64,000 nucleotides of DNA from Steroidobacterales bacterium (lineage in GTDB: Bacteria; Pseudomonadota; Gammaproteobacteria; Steroidobacterales; Steroidobacteraceae), in NCBI GenBank assembly GCA_044440135.1, contig JBIODC010000004.1:11835-75834 (forward strand), read 5' to 3'. The stretch's first letter is position 1, and every line of letters starts with the position of its first letter. This document shows positions 39,519 to 47,955 of the stretch, one piece after another. Made by a program: the position numbers and the translations under genes. The notes beneath the pieces are model-generated. The model did not search any database and had not been told where the DNA came from. It saw only the letters and a list, made by a program, of their open reading frames with translations.

Positions 39519-40235
39519 GTGCGGGGCCGGGGCATTCATGGCCGCGGCATGTGGTTGGCGGCGCTGCTGTCACTGGCCTCGCCCGGGCATGCCCAGGGTC
39601 TGGGGGGCTCGCTCGGCCTGGCCACGGACGATGTGTTCCGCGGGCTGTCACTGAACGACGGTCAGCTGTCCCCGCAGCTCGATCTGCACGATGTCTCGGG
39701 CCAATGGTACGGTGGTGTATCGGCGGGCGGCGTCAGGCGCGGCCACAACACGGGCGCGGGCGCCGAGCTGATCGCCTATGCCGGCTATCAGTATCGAATG
39801 GGCGACGACTGGAGCGATCAGGTGACGCTGCGCCATTACGACTATCCCGGCAATCCGCACCGGACGCGCTACGACTATGACGAATTGGGGCTGGGGTTCG
39901 CATGGCGTGAGCGGTTGGTCCTGACCGTGATCGCATCGCCCGACACCTACTCCGCGGACTACCAGGGCAACTATGGCAGCGGCGCGGCGTTCTGCTACGA
40001 GCTCGCTGCGCGCCAGCCATTGCCGTACGGGCTGTCCGCCATTGCCGGTGTCGGTTACTACGACCTGCAGCGCCAGATCGGTACCGGCTATGCTAATTGG
40101 AGCGGCGCTCTGCAACATCGCTGGCGTTCCTGGGCTTTCGACCTGCGTTATGTCGGCACCGACGGGACGGCGAGGCATCATTTCGAGCACGATGCCGGCG
40201 ATCGGGTGATACTGAGCGCGTTCTGGCTGTTCTGA
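39519..40235 (+). CDS. TorF-family putative outer-membrane porin (TIGR02001-like)
   Basis: Signal MWLAALLSLASPGHAQG, then LGLATDDVFRGLSLNDGQLSPQLDL and alternating beta-strand pattern. The start is either GTG 39519 or ATG 39549. Confidence 0.65.
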   Translation: MRGRGIHGRGMWLAALLSLASPGHAQGLGGSLGLATDDVFRGLSLNDGQLSPQLDLHDVSGQWYGGVSAGGVRRGHNTGAGAELIAYAGYQYRMGDDWSDQVTLRHYDYPGNPHRTRYDYDELGLGFAWRERLVLTVIASPDTYSADYQGNYGSGAAFCYELAARQPLPYGLSAIAGVGYYDLQRQIGTGYANWSGALQHRWRSWAFDLRYVGTDGTARHHFEHDAGDRVILSAFWLF

Positions 40236-40332
40236 GCGCCGTCGCCCCTACCCGCCGCACCTGCGTTACAACCTTTTTACAGCCTTGCGGCACATAGCTC
40301 TGAGGGCCATGTTGCGCCCGAGGCCGATAGCC

Positions 40333-40941
40333 ATGTCGTTCCCTGCCGCGCCAAAGCCACCCATGCCGGTGCGAGATGACCGGCTCGATCGCGAGCTGCT
40401 GCGACTGGTTGCCGCACAGGACAGTCGCGCGCTCGAGCACCTTTATCTTGAGTACCACCGGCGGCTGCTGCAGTTCCTGTCGCGTCTGAGCTCGCAGCGC
40501 GATGCGCTGGAAGAGGCCATCAACGACACCTTCTGGATCGTCTGGCGCAAAGCCGATGAATTTCGAGGTGACTCGCGGGTCTCCACCTGGATCATGGGGA
40601 TCGCCTGGCGCTGCGCACTCAAAGCCTTGCGGCGCAACAGCGACGCGTCGGCGGAGGCGTTCGCGCTGGCGATGCCTGCGGAGCTGCAGGTAGCCGACAC
40701 GGTCGCGGTCGAAGAGCGCGGCGAATGGCTCCAGCATGGCCTGGCGACGCTGCCGTTCGAGCAACGTGCGACGCTCGAGCTGGCCTACTTTGTCGGCCAC
40801 TCGTGCGAGGAAATCGCGACGATCATGAATTGCCCGGTGAACACGGTGAAAGCACGCATGTTCCAGGCGCGCATCAAGCTTCGAAATCTGCTGCCCAAGC
40901 TCGGCGGATTCGCGGATGCGACACACCGGGCGGGGAGTTAG
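40333..40941 (+). CDS. ECF-type RNA polymerase sigma-70 family factor
   Basis: Region 2 ELLRLVAAQDSRALEHLYLEYHRRLLQFL. Region 4 LPFEQRATLELAYFVGHSCEEIATIMNCPVNTVKARMFQARIKLR. Start ATG 40333 was chosen; alternatives are 40285 and 40309. Confidence 0.85.
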   Translation: MSFPAAPKPPMPVRDDRLDRELLRLVAAQDSRALEHLYLEYHRRLLQFLSRLSSQRDALEEAINDTFWIVWRKADEFRGDSRVSTWIMGIAWRCALKALRRNSDASAEAFALAMPAELQVADTVAVEERGEWLQHGLATLPFEQRATLELAYFVGHSCEEIATIMNCPVNTVKARMFQARIKLRNLLPKLGGFADATHRAGS

Positions 40942-40946
40942 CTGTG

Positions 40947-41621
40947 ATGAGCGATACGTCATCGACACACCGGCAGGCCTGGGATCTTATTCCCTGGATC
41001 GTCAATGGCAGTGCGCCGGAGTCGGAGCAGCGGACGGTGCAGGCGCATCTCGAGAGTTGCGCCGACTGCCGCGCGGAACTGGAATTTCAGCGCCAGCTGC
41101 AGGCGGCCATGGCGCAGGACAGCACCCCGGACAGCGATGTGCGGGGCGCCTGGGAGCGGCTGCGCAGCCGTCTCGATGGCGCCGTGGAGCCGGAAGCGCA
41201 GGTAGGCGCCGTGCAGCGCCGCGCCCGCGGCAGCGGCGTTGCCTGGATGCCGTGGCTGGTCGCCGCGATGGTGGTTCAAGCGATCGGGCTCGGGGCGCTC
41301 GGTGCTGCCTGGTGGTCGCGGCCGAGCGCGCCGGCATCGCTTACGGCTCCCGCAGCCGTGTATCGCACCCTGTCGGCGACGGAAGCCGCGGCGCCGCCGG
41401 CCACGATTCGGGTCGTGTTTGCTCCCGACGTCACGATCGCACAGCTACAGGCGATGCTGGCCGCGGCAAGGCTGCAAGTCCGCTCGGGACCCAGCGACGT
41501 CGGAGTCTGGACACTGGGGCCGGCGCGGAACTCGGACCGTGCGGCGACCGAGGCGGCATTGCACGAGCTTCGTGGCAATTCCGAAGTTCGCTTTGCCGAA
41601 GCCCTCGCAGGCCCGCCGTAG
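40947..41621 (+). CDS. Anti-sigma factor (zf-HC2 type), single-pass membrane protein
   Basis: HLESCADCRAELEF (HxxxCxxC) and TM helix WMPWLVAAMVVQAIGLGALGAAWW. Begins 6 nt after the sigma gene stop. The start could also be GTG 40944. Confidence 0.8.
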   Translation: MSDTSSTHRQAWDLIPWIVNGSAPESEQRTVQAHLESCADCRAELEFQRQLQAAMAQDSTPDSDVRGAWERLRSRLDGAVEPEAQVGAVQRRARGSGVAWMPWLVAAMVVQAIGLGALGAAWWSRPSAPASLTAPAAVYRTLSATEAAAPPATIRVVFAPDVTIAQLQAMLAAARLQVRSGPSDVGVWTLGPARNSDRAATEAALHELRGNSEVRFAEALAGPP

Positions 41622-41636
41622 CGCTGTGCACCGGCC

Positions 41637-43073
41637 ATGAGCAATCCACGGCGTGTGCGACGGGCTCGGGCGACCGCGATCGTCGCAGCGCTGCTGTCGG
41701 CTCTGGCCGGTTGCGCCACGCCGCCGCGACTGCCGGACCCGAACCTGGCCGGCGCGGGACTAAACGCATCGGCCGACCGGCTGATCCTGGTGACGATTGC
41801 CAATGACGGCGGCCCGGTGCTGAGCGAGCCGGGGTCCACGCCGCACGGCTATGACCTGATCGGTCCTTACACGGTCAGCGATCAGGCGAAAGCGGTTACC
41901 GCAGCATTGCGGCGCGACTATGACCTGCAGGAGGTGCGTGCGTGGCCGATCGCGCCGCTGCACGTGCAATGCCTGGTGTTCGCATTGCCGCCGCAGGCCG
42001 ACCGCGCGGCCGTGCTGCGGGCGCTGGCGGCCGATCGACGCGTGCGCCTGGCGCAGCCGCTGCAATTATTCGACGCGCTGAGCGGGAATGCCGGCCCGAC
42101 CCCGGACGCCGCTGCAGGCGCGCACGCCGCCAGCACCCCGGCGGCCGGCGCGGCGCTGCCGGCCGTGTTTGGCCCGGGCAGCGGCAGCCTGGCGATTACT
42201 GCGTACAACGATCCTTATTTCCAGCTGCAGCACGGCTTTGCCGCCATTGAGGCCGGGGCGGCACAGCAATGGTCGCGCGGCGAGGGCGTGAGCGTCGCGA
42301 TCATCGACACCGGGGTCGATGTGGGCCATCCGGATCTCGCCGGGCGCGTCGCGGTCACGCGCAATTTCATCGATGATGACATGACTTCGTTTGCATCCGA
42401 CCGCCACGGCACCGGGGTTGCCGGCATCATCGGCGCCGACGCCAACAACAACCTCGGCATTGTCGGTGTGGCGCCATCGGTGCGGCTGCAGATCTATAAA
42501 GCCTGCCAGCCGCGGCAGCCGCAGGGCCTCGAAGCACAGTGCAATTCGTTCACGCTCGCGCTGGCGCTCGGAGCGGCCATCGAGGCGCGCGCGCAGATCG
42601 TCAACCTGAGCCTCGGCGGACCAGCCGATCCACTGCTGGGGCAACTGGTGAGCTACGGGCAGCGTCGCGGCATGGTATTCGTCGGCGCGGTACCGGAAGA
42701 CGGGCGGCTCGATGGATTCCCGCTCGGCATACCCGGCGTCATCGCGGTCGACCAGACCGGGTCAACGAGCGCATCGACCGCGGTGCTCTATGCCCCGGGC
42801 CGCGACATCCTGAGCCTGGCGCCCGCCGGCCGCTACGATTTCGCCACCGGCTCCTCGTTCGCCGCCGCGCATGTCACCGGGGCGATAGCGCTGCTGCGAG
42901 CGCAGGCACCGAATCTCGACGCGACGGCGTTGTTCGCCGTGCTCGAGCGCACCCGCACGCATGATGAGCATGGCGATCGGATCAACGTCTGCGCCGCGCT
43001 CGCCGCAGTACAACCCAAATATGATTGCACGCGCCCGGCGCGTGCGGTAGCCACGACTGCCGCGATGCACTGA
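41637..43073 (+). CDS. S8 family (subtilisin-like) serine peptidase lipoprotein
   Basis: Lipobox LLSALAGC|ATP. Catalytic triad contexts VAIIDTGVDVGHPDL, HGTGVAGIIGA and GSSFAAAHVTGAIALL. An N-terminal propeptide-like region is present. Confidence 0.9.
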   Translation: MSNPRRVRRARATAIVAALLSALAGCATPPRLPDPNLAGAGLNASADRLILVTIANDGGPVLSEPGSTPHGYDLIGPYTVSDQAKAVTAALRRDYDLQEVRAWPIAPLHVQCLVFALPPQADRAAVLRALAADRRVRLAQPLQLFDALSGNAGPTPDAAAGAHAASTPAAGAALPAVFGPGSGSLAITAYNDPYFQLQHGFAAIEAGAAQQWSRGEGVSVAIIDTGVDVGHPDLAGRVAVTRNFIDDDMTSFASDRHGTGVAGIIGADANNNLGIVGVAPSVRLQIYKACQPRQPQGLEAQCNSFTLALALGAAIEARAQIVNLSLGGPADPLLGQLVSYGQRRGMVFVGAVPEDGRLDGFPLGIPGVIAVDQTGSTSASTAVLYAPGRDILSLAPAGRYDFATGSSFAAAHVTGAIALLRAQAPNLDATALFAVLERTRTHDEHGDRINVCAALAAVQPKYDCTRPARAVATTAAMH

Positions 43074-43083
43074 ACACGCGCCG

Positions 43084-44109
43084 GTGCCCATCAGTTCCGC
43101 CACCGACCCCTTTCACGAGCGTTCCACCGGCCTGCATCGCCGGCACCTGCATCTGCTTGGGGCGCAGGTGCGGTTCGAGAGCAACAGCGACCGCCTGCTG
43201 CGGCTGGTCGATCAGGCGTTTGCGGGCCTGTCGCCGCACCAGCTGTTTGCCGAGACACCGCGGCTGCGAGTCCGATTGCAGTTGATGCCGCGCGCGCACC
43301 GCAACCCGGCCCGCGAGCCGCCGCTGATGAAGATGTTCGCCGCCCCCGGATTGCTCTGCGGCGCGATGGACGAGTCGAATCTCGCGGTCGTGTCGCCGGC
43401 ACAGCGCTCGGCCCTGGTGGTCATTTCCCGCGACATGCTCCGTCATCCCTACCATGCCCGCTACGAGCTGATCGAGTTTGCCGTGTATATGCTGGCCGCG
43501 CGCGCGCAGGGACTGGTGCCGCTGCACGCCGCGGCGGTCGGCTGCGAGGGTCGCGGACTGCTGCTGATGGGCGGCAGCGGCGCCGGCAAGTCCACGATGG
43601 CGCTGCATTGCCTGCTGCAAGGCCTGGAGCTGCTGTCCGAGGACAGCGTGTTCGTGACGCCCGGTGGACTGATGGCGACCGGGATTGCCAACTTCCTGCA
43701 CCTGCACCCGCAGGGCCTGCGTTTTCTGCGTGGCCACCACAGCGCAGAGCGGATACGCAGCTCACCGATGATCCGGCGCCGCAGCGGCGCGGAAAAATAT
43801 GAACTCGACCTGCGCCACGCCGATTACCGGCTGGCGTCGGCGCCATTGACCGTCCAGGCGGTGGTATTCCTGTCGACCCGCCGCGCCGGTGATCGCCGCC
43901 TGCTGGTGCCGGTCCCCAGGCGCGAGCTGGCCGCGCGGCTCGCCGCCCAGCAGCCGTACGCCTCAGGCCAGCAAGGCTGGCACACGTTTACCCGGCGTCT
44001 GTCGGGCGTTCGGGCATTCGAGCTGCACCGGGGCTCTCATCCGCGCGTGGCGGTCGAGGTATTGCGTGGATTGCTGGATGTTCCAGTGCGGCGTACACGG
44101 CGTGCATAG
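43084..44109 (+). CDS. HPr-kinase-related P-loop protein (HprK-related kinase family)
   Basis: GTG 43084, 10 nt after the S8 stop. P-loop LLLMGGSGAGKSTMAL sits where the HPr kinase C-terminal domain has its Walker A. Family assigned from motif, length and context only. Confidence 0.6.
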   Translation: MPISSATDPFHERSTGLHRRHLHLLGAQVRFESNSDRLLRLVDQAFAGLSPHQLFAETPRLRVRLQLMPRAHRNPAREPPLMKMFAAPGLLCGAMDESNLAVVSPAQRSALVVISRDMLRHPYHARYELIEFAVYMLAARAQGLVPLHAAAVGCEGRGLLLMGGSGAGKSTMALHCLLQGLELLSEDSVFVTPGGLMATGIANFLHLHPQGLRFLRGHHSAERIRSSPMIRRRSGAEKYELDLRHADYRLASAPLTVQAVVFLSTRRAGDRRLLVPVPRRELAARLAAQQPYASGQQGWHTFTRRLSGVRAFELHRGSHPRVAVEVLRGLLDVPVRRTRRA

Positions 44110-45331
44110 ACAACGGCCGTGGCGGGCGGCTCACGACCCAGCGCCAGATGCGCCGGCCTTGTGACAAGTGCGGCCAGGCACTGGCCGTCGCCCAGGTCTG
44201 CGCACGCTGCGCCACGCGCATCGCGAGCAGCTCCCGGCTCGGCATGATGCGATCGCGCATGTAGGTGAGCCTTTCGGACATCGAAATCGACCAGCCGATT
44301 CCCGGAAAGGCTTCGATCCGGAGGTTCGCCAGCGAGACCTCCGAGAGCCGCTGGCGCCGGGACATGTCTCGCAAGCGACGCGGGCAGTCCGGCCTGAGCG
44401 TCGCCAGCACGTCGCCCGGTATGGCTTGCGGGTAGTAGCGCGCCACCAGTTCCAAAGGCGGCACCGCCCACCACAGCGCCCGATCGTCGCGTCGGAAGGA
44501 GAGCAGCCGCGCCCAATCGCCCGTGCGCATGTGCGCCGCCAGCAACGCCAGATCGTGCAGTTGGATCAGCCGCAGTGCGCGCCCCACCATGTTGCCGGCG
44601 GCGTGCAGCAGCAGATGTGCGAACAACGCTGCGACCGACGGATAGCGGTTCAGGCCCGGATGCGGCTGCGCCGGATGAATCAGCGCCGAGACGTCCGCAA
44701 TGCTCAGCGGCAGCCGCTCGGCGACCCGGATGTGCAGGTCGATCTTGATCGGACGGTCGGCGTGTTCGCCGAAACCGGCGGCGGCCGCTGGCACGACGGC
44801 GGTGGCGTGCTGCGCCGGCTCGAACTCGCGCTCCTTCCAGCTCACCGAGGTATTGAGGTACCCGAGCTGGTGCAGCAACCGGGTCACCCGCGACAGCTCG
44901 GGTTCCGTCACCAGCAGGTCCACGTCGGCCATCGGCCGCTCACCGCCCGAGTAGACGCCCAACTGATGCAGGGCCGCTCCCTTGAGCGCCACGATTGGGA
45001 GGCCCGCGCGGCGCGCGTGCTCGTCGATGCGCGCCAGCAGCGCCAGAATGCGCTGATGCCGGACGGCGGTGTGAATCCGCTGCTGGCTCAGGAAACGCTG
45101 CCATTCGCCGGGACCGCGCCAACGCAGGATACCGGCCAGCAGCGGTGTGACGCCCTGCAGAACGGCGGCGGCACGGGCCATGCTCCACTCGAACTCGGTC
45201 CAGTGCGGCCGCGTGCACCCCGGATGTGCCAGCTCGGCGGCGAAGAACTCGCTCGTGCGCTGCAGCGCTAGCTGCACGCGCGGCAGCGGCGGCAGCCGCT
45301 GCGCTTCAGACTGCCACGGCGGCATCGGCAT
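43988..45331 (-). CDS. Uncharacterised nucleotidyltransferase family protein (PF14907 / NTP_transf_5-like)
   Basis: LPIVALKGAALHQLGVYSGGERPMADVDLLVTEPEL core. 447 aa. The 3' end overlaps the convergent kinase-like gene by 122 nt. The start is either 45331 or 45325. Confidence 0.6.
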   Translation of the reverse strand: MPMPPWQSEAQRLPPLPRVQLALQRTSEFFAAELAHPGCTRPHWTEFEWSMARAAAVLQGVTPLLAGILRWRGPGEWQRFLSQQRIHTAVRHQRILALLARIDEHARRAGLPIVALKGAALHQLGVYSGGERPMADVDLLVTEPELSRVTRLLHQLGYLNTSVSWKEREFEPAQHATAVVPAAAAGFGEHADRPIKIDLHIRVAERLPLSIADVSALIHPAQPHPGLNRYPSVAALFAHLLLHAAGNMVGRALRLIQLHDLALLAAHMRTGDWARLLSFRRDDRALWWAVPPLELVARYYPQAIPGDVLATLRPDCPRRLRDMSRRQRLSEVSLANLRIEAFPGIGWSISMSERLTYMRDRIMPSRELLAMRVAQRAQTWATASAWPHLSQGRRIWRWVVSRPPRPLSMHAVYAALEHPAIHAIPRPPRADESPGAARMPERPTDAG

Positions 45332-46781
45332 CCGGTTCGGCGTCGTGGTTGCCTCGATACTGCCGTTCGCTCGAGATCAGGTCCTCCCAGCGCTGCTGCT
45401 GCGACTGTGTGGCGCGGCGGTAATCCTCGTGGCGATGCGCGGCATCCAACTGCTGCGCGGACACCTGGTCGTGCAGCAATCCGCGCACCGCACGGTAGAA
45501 CTCAGAGCGATAGGTTCCATGGAACATCATTTCCAGATCGTCGCTCTCGTGCCAATGGGTCTTGGCACCGAGCTGCGCCTTGACCTGCTCGTAGAATGGC
45601 GTGCCGGGCAGCGGATAGGACACGCTGACGCCGACATCGTCGGGACGCGCGCGCTCGATCAGATCGCGCGTCGCCAGAATGTCCGCGAGCCGCTCGCCCA
45701 GATAGCCGATCTGGATGAAAAAGCCGATCCGTATGTTTTCGGCCTTCAGGCGCGCGCGGGCGGTCAGGATCTCCTCGACCGTGATGCCCTTGTTCATCGC
45801 GTTCAGCACCCGCTGGCTGCCGCTTTCGGCGCCTATCCAGACTTCGGCGCAGCCCGCATCTGCCAGGGCTCGTGCCATCGCGACGCTGATCAGGTCGGCG
45901 CGCGTCTGGATGGTGAACGGGATCGCACCGCCCGCCGAACGGGCCGCTTGCGCGAATTCGCCGATCCAATCGACGCGAAAACCGAAGATATCGTCGGCAA
46001 ACCAGATGTGGTCGGGACGGAACCGTTGCTTCAGATCGGTCATTTCCGCGGCGACGTCGCGTGCGCCACGCTGCAGATAGCGGTTACCCCAGATCGGCTT
46101 GGAGCACCAGTTGCAACGAAACGAACAACCGCGCGAGGCGGCCATGTTCAGGCTGAAGTAGCCATGCGAGCGCATCCACATCGTGCGATAGCGTTCCATG
46201 TCGATCAGGTCCCAGGCCGGCGGCTCGAGCCGCTGCGCATCGGCGGCCGGCCTGGCGCCGCGGTTCACCGTCAGCCGGCCGTGCGCGATCGCGGCAACAC
46301 CCAGCTGTCCTTCGATCAGCTGCGTGACCGCAAGTCGCGGATTGGTGTCGAGCCGCGCGGTGAGCACCCGCAGCGTCGGCAGCCCTTCGCCTATGAGCAC
46401 CGCGTCAGCGCCGGCGTCCAGGTAGGGCTGCGGTGCATCCGACGCGTCGGACCCGACGGCGATCACACGGGCATCGGCGGCGCGCGCCAGGCAGATCATC
46501 TGGCAGCTTGCCACGCGCATGCGCTGCAGGCACATCTTGCTCAGGAAATTGAAGCTGTCCTCGTACAGCAGCACCAGCTGCGGGCGCGCCTCGCGTAGCA
46601 GTTGCTGGTATTCCTCCAGCCCCTCGGCCAGCATCGCGTCGAACACGCGCACCGCGTGTCCGGCCTGGCGCAGGCCCGACGCCACCTGCAGCGTCGCCAG
46701 CGGCGGGTACGGCTTGGCGCGCTCGAGCTGCTTGCGGTCGAAGCGCAGAAAATACGAATGCGCAACCACGATGGACAGCAT
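45306..46781 (-). CDS. B12-binding-domain radical SAM protein (no. 1)
   Basis: ATG 46781 (MLSIVVAHSYFLRFD...). N-terminal Rossmann-like B12-binding region and radical-SAM CSFRCNWC. 491 aa. The 70 upstream track codons were rejected. Confidence 0.85.
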   Translation of the reverse strand: MLSIVVAHSYFLRFDRKQLERAKPYPPLATLQVASGLRQAGHAVRVFDAMLAEGLEEYQQLLREARPQLVLLYEDSFNFLSKMCLQRMRVASCQMICLARAADARVIAVGSDASDAPQPYLDAGADAVLIGEGLPTLRVLTARLDTNPRLAVTQLIEGQLGVAAIAHGRLTVNRGARPAADAQRLEPPAWDLIDMERYRTMWMRSHGYFSLNMAASRGCSFRCNWCSKPIWGNRYLQRGARDVAAEMTDLKQRFRPDHIWFADDIFGFRVDWIGEFAQAARSAGGAIPFTIQTRADLISVAMARALADAGCAEVWIGAESGSQRVLNAMNKGITVEEILTARARLKAENIRIGFFIQIGYLGERLADILATRDLIERARPDDVGVSVSYPLPGTPFYEQVKAQLGAKTHWHESDDLEMMFHGTYRSEFYRAVRGLLHDQVSAQQLDAAHRHEDYRRATQSQQQRWEDLISSERQYRGNHDAEPDADAAVAV

Positions 46782-46842
46782 TTTTTTGTCTTCTTCCGAT
46801 CGATTCGTGACCGCTGGGCTGTGGTACCGCGCTGCCGCGCCA

Positions 46843-47955
46843 CTACAGGAACAGATGCAGTTCGGCAAACCCGAAGGTTTGGTTTTGCAGGTTGTTCTGT
46901 GGAATGCCCTGATAGCGCCGGAATCCGGCCCGCGCCTGCAGGAATGGAATCGGAGTGAGCTCGTACACCACGCTCCAGCGCGTCTGGCCATTGTTCGGGA
47001 CGCTGCGTTCCGGGTCGTAGAATTCGTAGGTCAGCTTAAGATTGTTGCCTTTGCAGATCGCCCAGTCCGCCTCGGCCAGGGCCGGAATCATGCTGCGTGT
47101 GCCGTCGGGAAAGCCGGCCTGCCGGACCAGATCGGCTTCGCCCAGCCAGGCTACGGGCCCGGTTCTCACGCCGGCGAACACGCCGTACATCGATCGATCG
47201 CCGGCGTCGGCCTTGGTGAATGCACTGGCCACGCCGACGCGCCATATCGACTGCACGCGCACCAGCTGACCCGTGACCTGGTAACCGGAGCCGCCGCCCG
47301 CATTGGCGGAACCGTTGGTCAGGTCGAGCTGCCCCGACCAGTTCGGACGCTCCAGGCCGAATTCGACGCCGTTGTCCGGCGTCGTCATATTGATGCCGGT
47401 CGCGATGCGCACCAACGCCGTCTGGTCCTGCAGGCGCCAGCCGAATGGCAGATAGAAGTGGCCGGCCTTGAGGTACCAGTCGGAGGTGTCGCCGTAGCGC
47501 GCGTACGCCTCCATGGTCTGTGCGGCGCCGGGCGCGACCTGCTCGTCAACGTACAGGCCCAGCCGGTTCGGGATCAGCGTGACATCGGCGTACATCCGGA
47601 ACTGTTCGAGCGCAAACTGCTGCTGCGATGGCGACTGCGGCACCGTGGTCCGCGACCAGTCCGTTCTCAGGTCGCCGCCGATGCGCACGATGTCCTGCAG
47701 CACCTGTCCCAGCCACACCGGTGCATTAGCGGGAAGCGTGGTGGCCGGCATCGCGTTCTCGGCGAATACCAGACCGAAGGCGTTGCGCAGGCCGCCGCCG
47801 GTCGGATTGACGTGGCAGGCGACGCATTTGTAACCCTGCTGCACGGCGAGATACGGTTCCGCCACCGCCACTCGCGTGCTGGCCCACGCGACGCAAGCCA
47901 GCGCAAACAGCAGCGGTGCGATGCGCAGGCGTGCCGCGCGACCAGTAGTCTTCAT
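46843..47955 (-). CDS. Predicted outer-membrane beta-barrel protein with an N-terminal CxxCH motif
   Basis: ATG 47955 overlaps the upstream TGA (ATGA). Signal LRIAPLLFALACVAWASTRVAVA, then YKCVACHVNPTGGG and alternating-hydrophobic strands. Ends ...FGFAELHLFL. Confidence 0.7.
   Translation of the reverse strand: MKTTGRAARLRIAPLLFALACVAWASTRVAVAEPYLAVQQGYKCVACHVNPTGGGLRNAFGLVFAENAMPATTLPANAPVWLGQVLQDIVRIGGDLRTDWSRTTVPQSPSQQQFALEQFRMYADVTLIPNRLGLYVDEQVAPGAAQTMEAYARYGDTSDWYLKAGHFYLPFGWRLQDQTALVRIATGINMTTPDNGVEFGLERPNWSGQLDLTNGSANAGGGSGYQVTGQLVRVQSIWRVGVASAFTKADAGDRSMYGVFAGVRTGPVAWLGEADLVRQAGFPDGTRSMIPALAEADWAICKGNNLKLTYEFYDPERSVPNNGQTRWSVVYELTPIPFLQARAGFRRYQGIPQNNLQNQTFGFAELHLFL

Noticed and set aside
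40236-40332. Possible autoregulated ECF promoter (AAC-rich -35 near ACAACCTTTTT) upstream of the sigma gene
   Set aside because: I could not pair a convincing GGAAC-type -35 with a CGT-type -10 at 16-17 nt spacing by eye. This is left for a PWM or TSS-based test.
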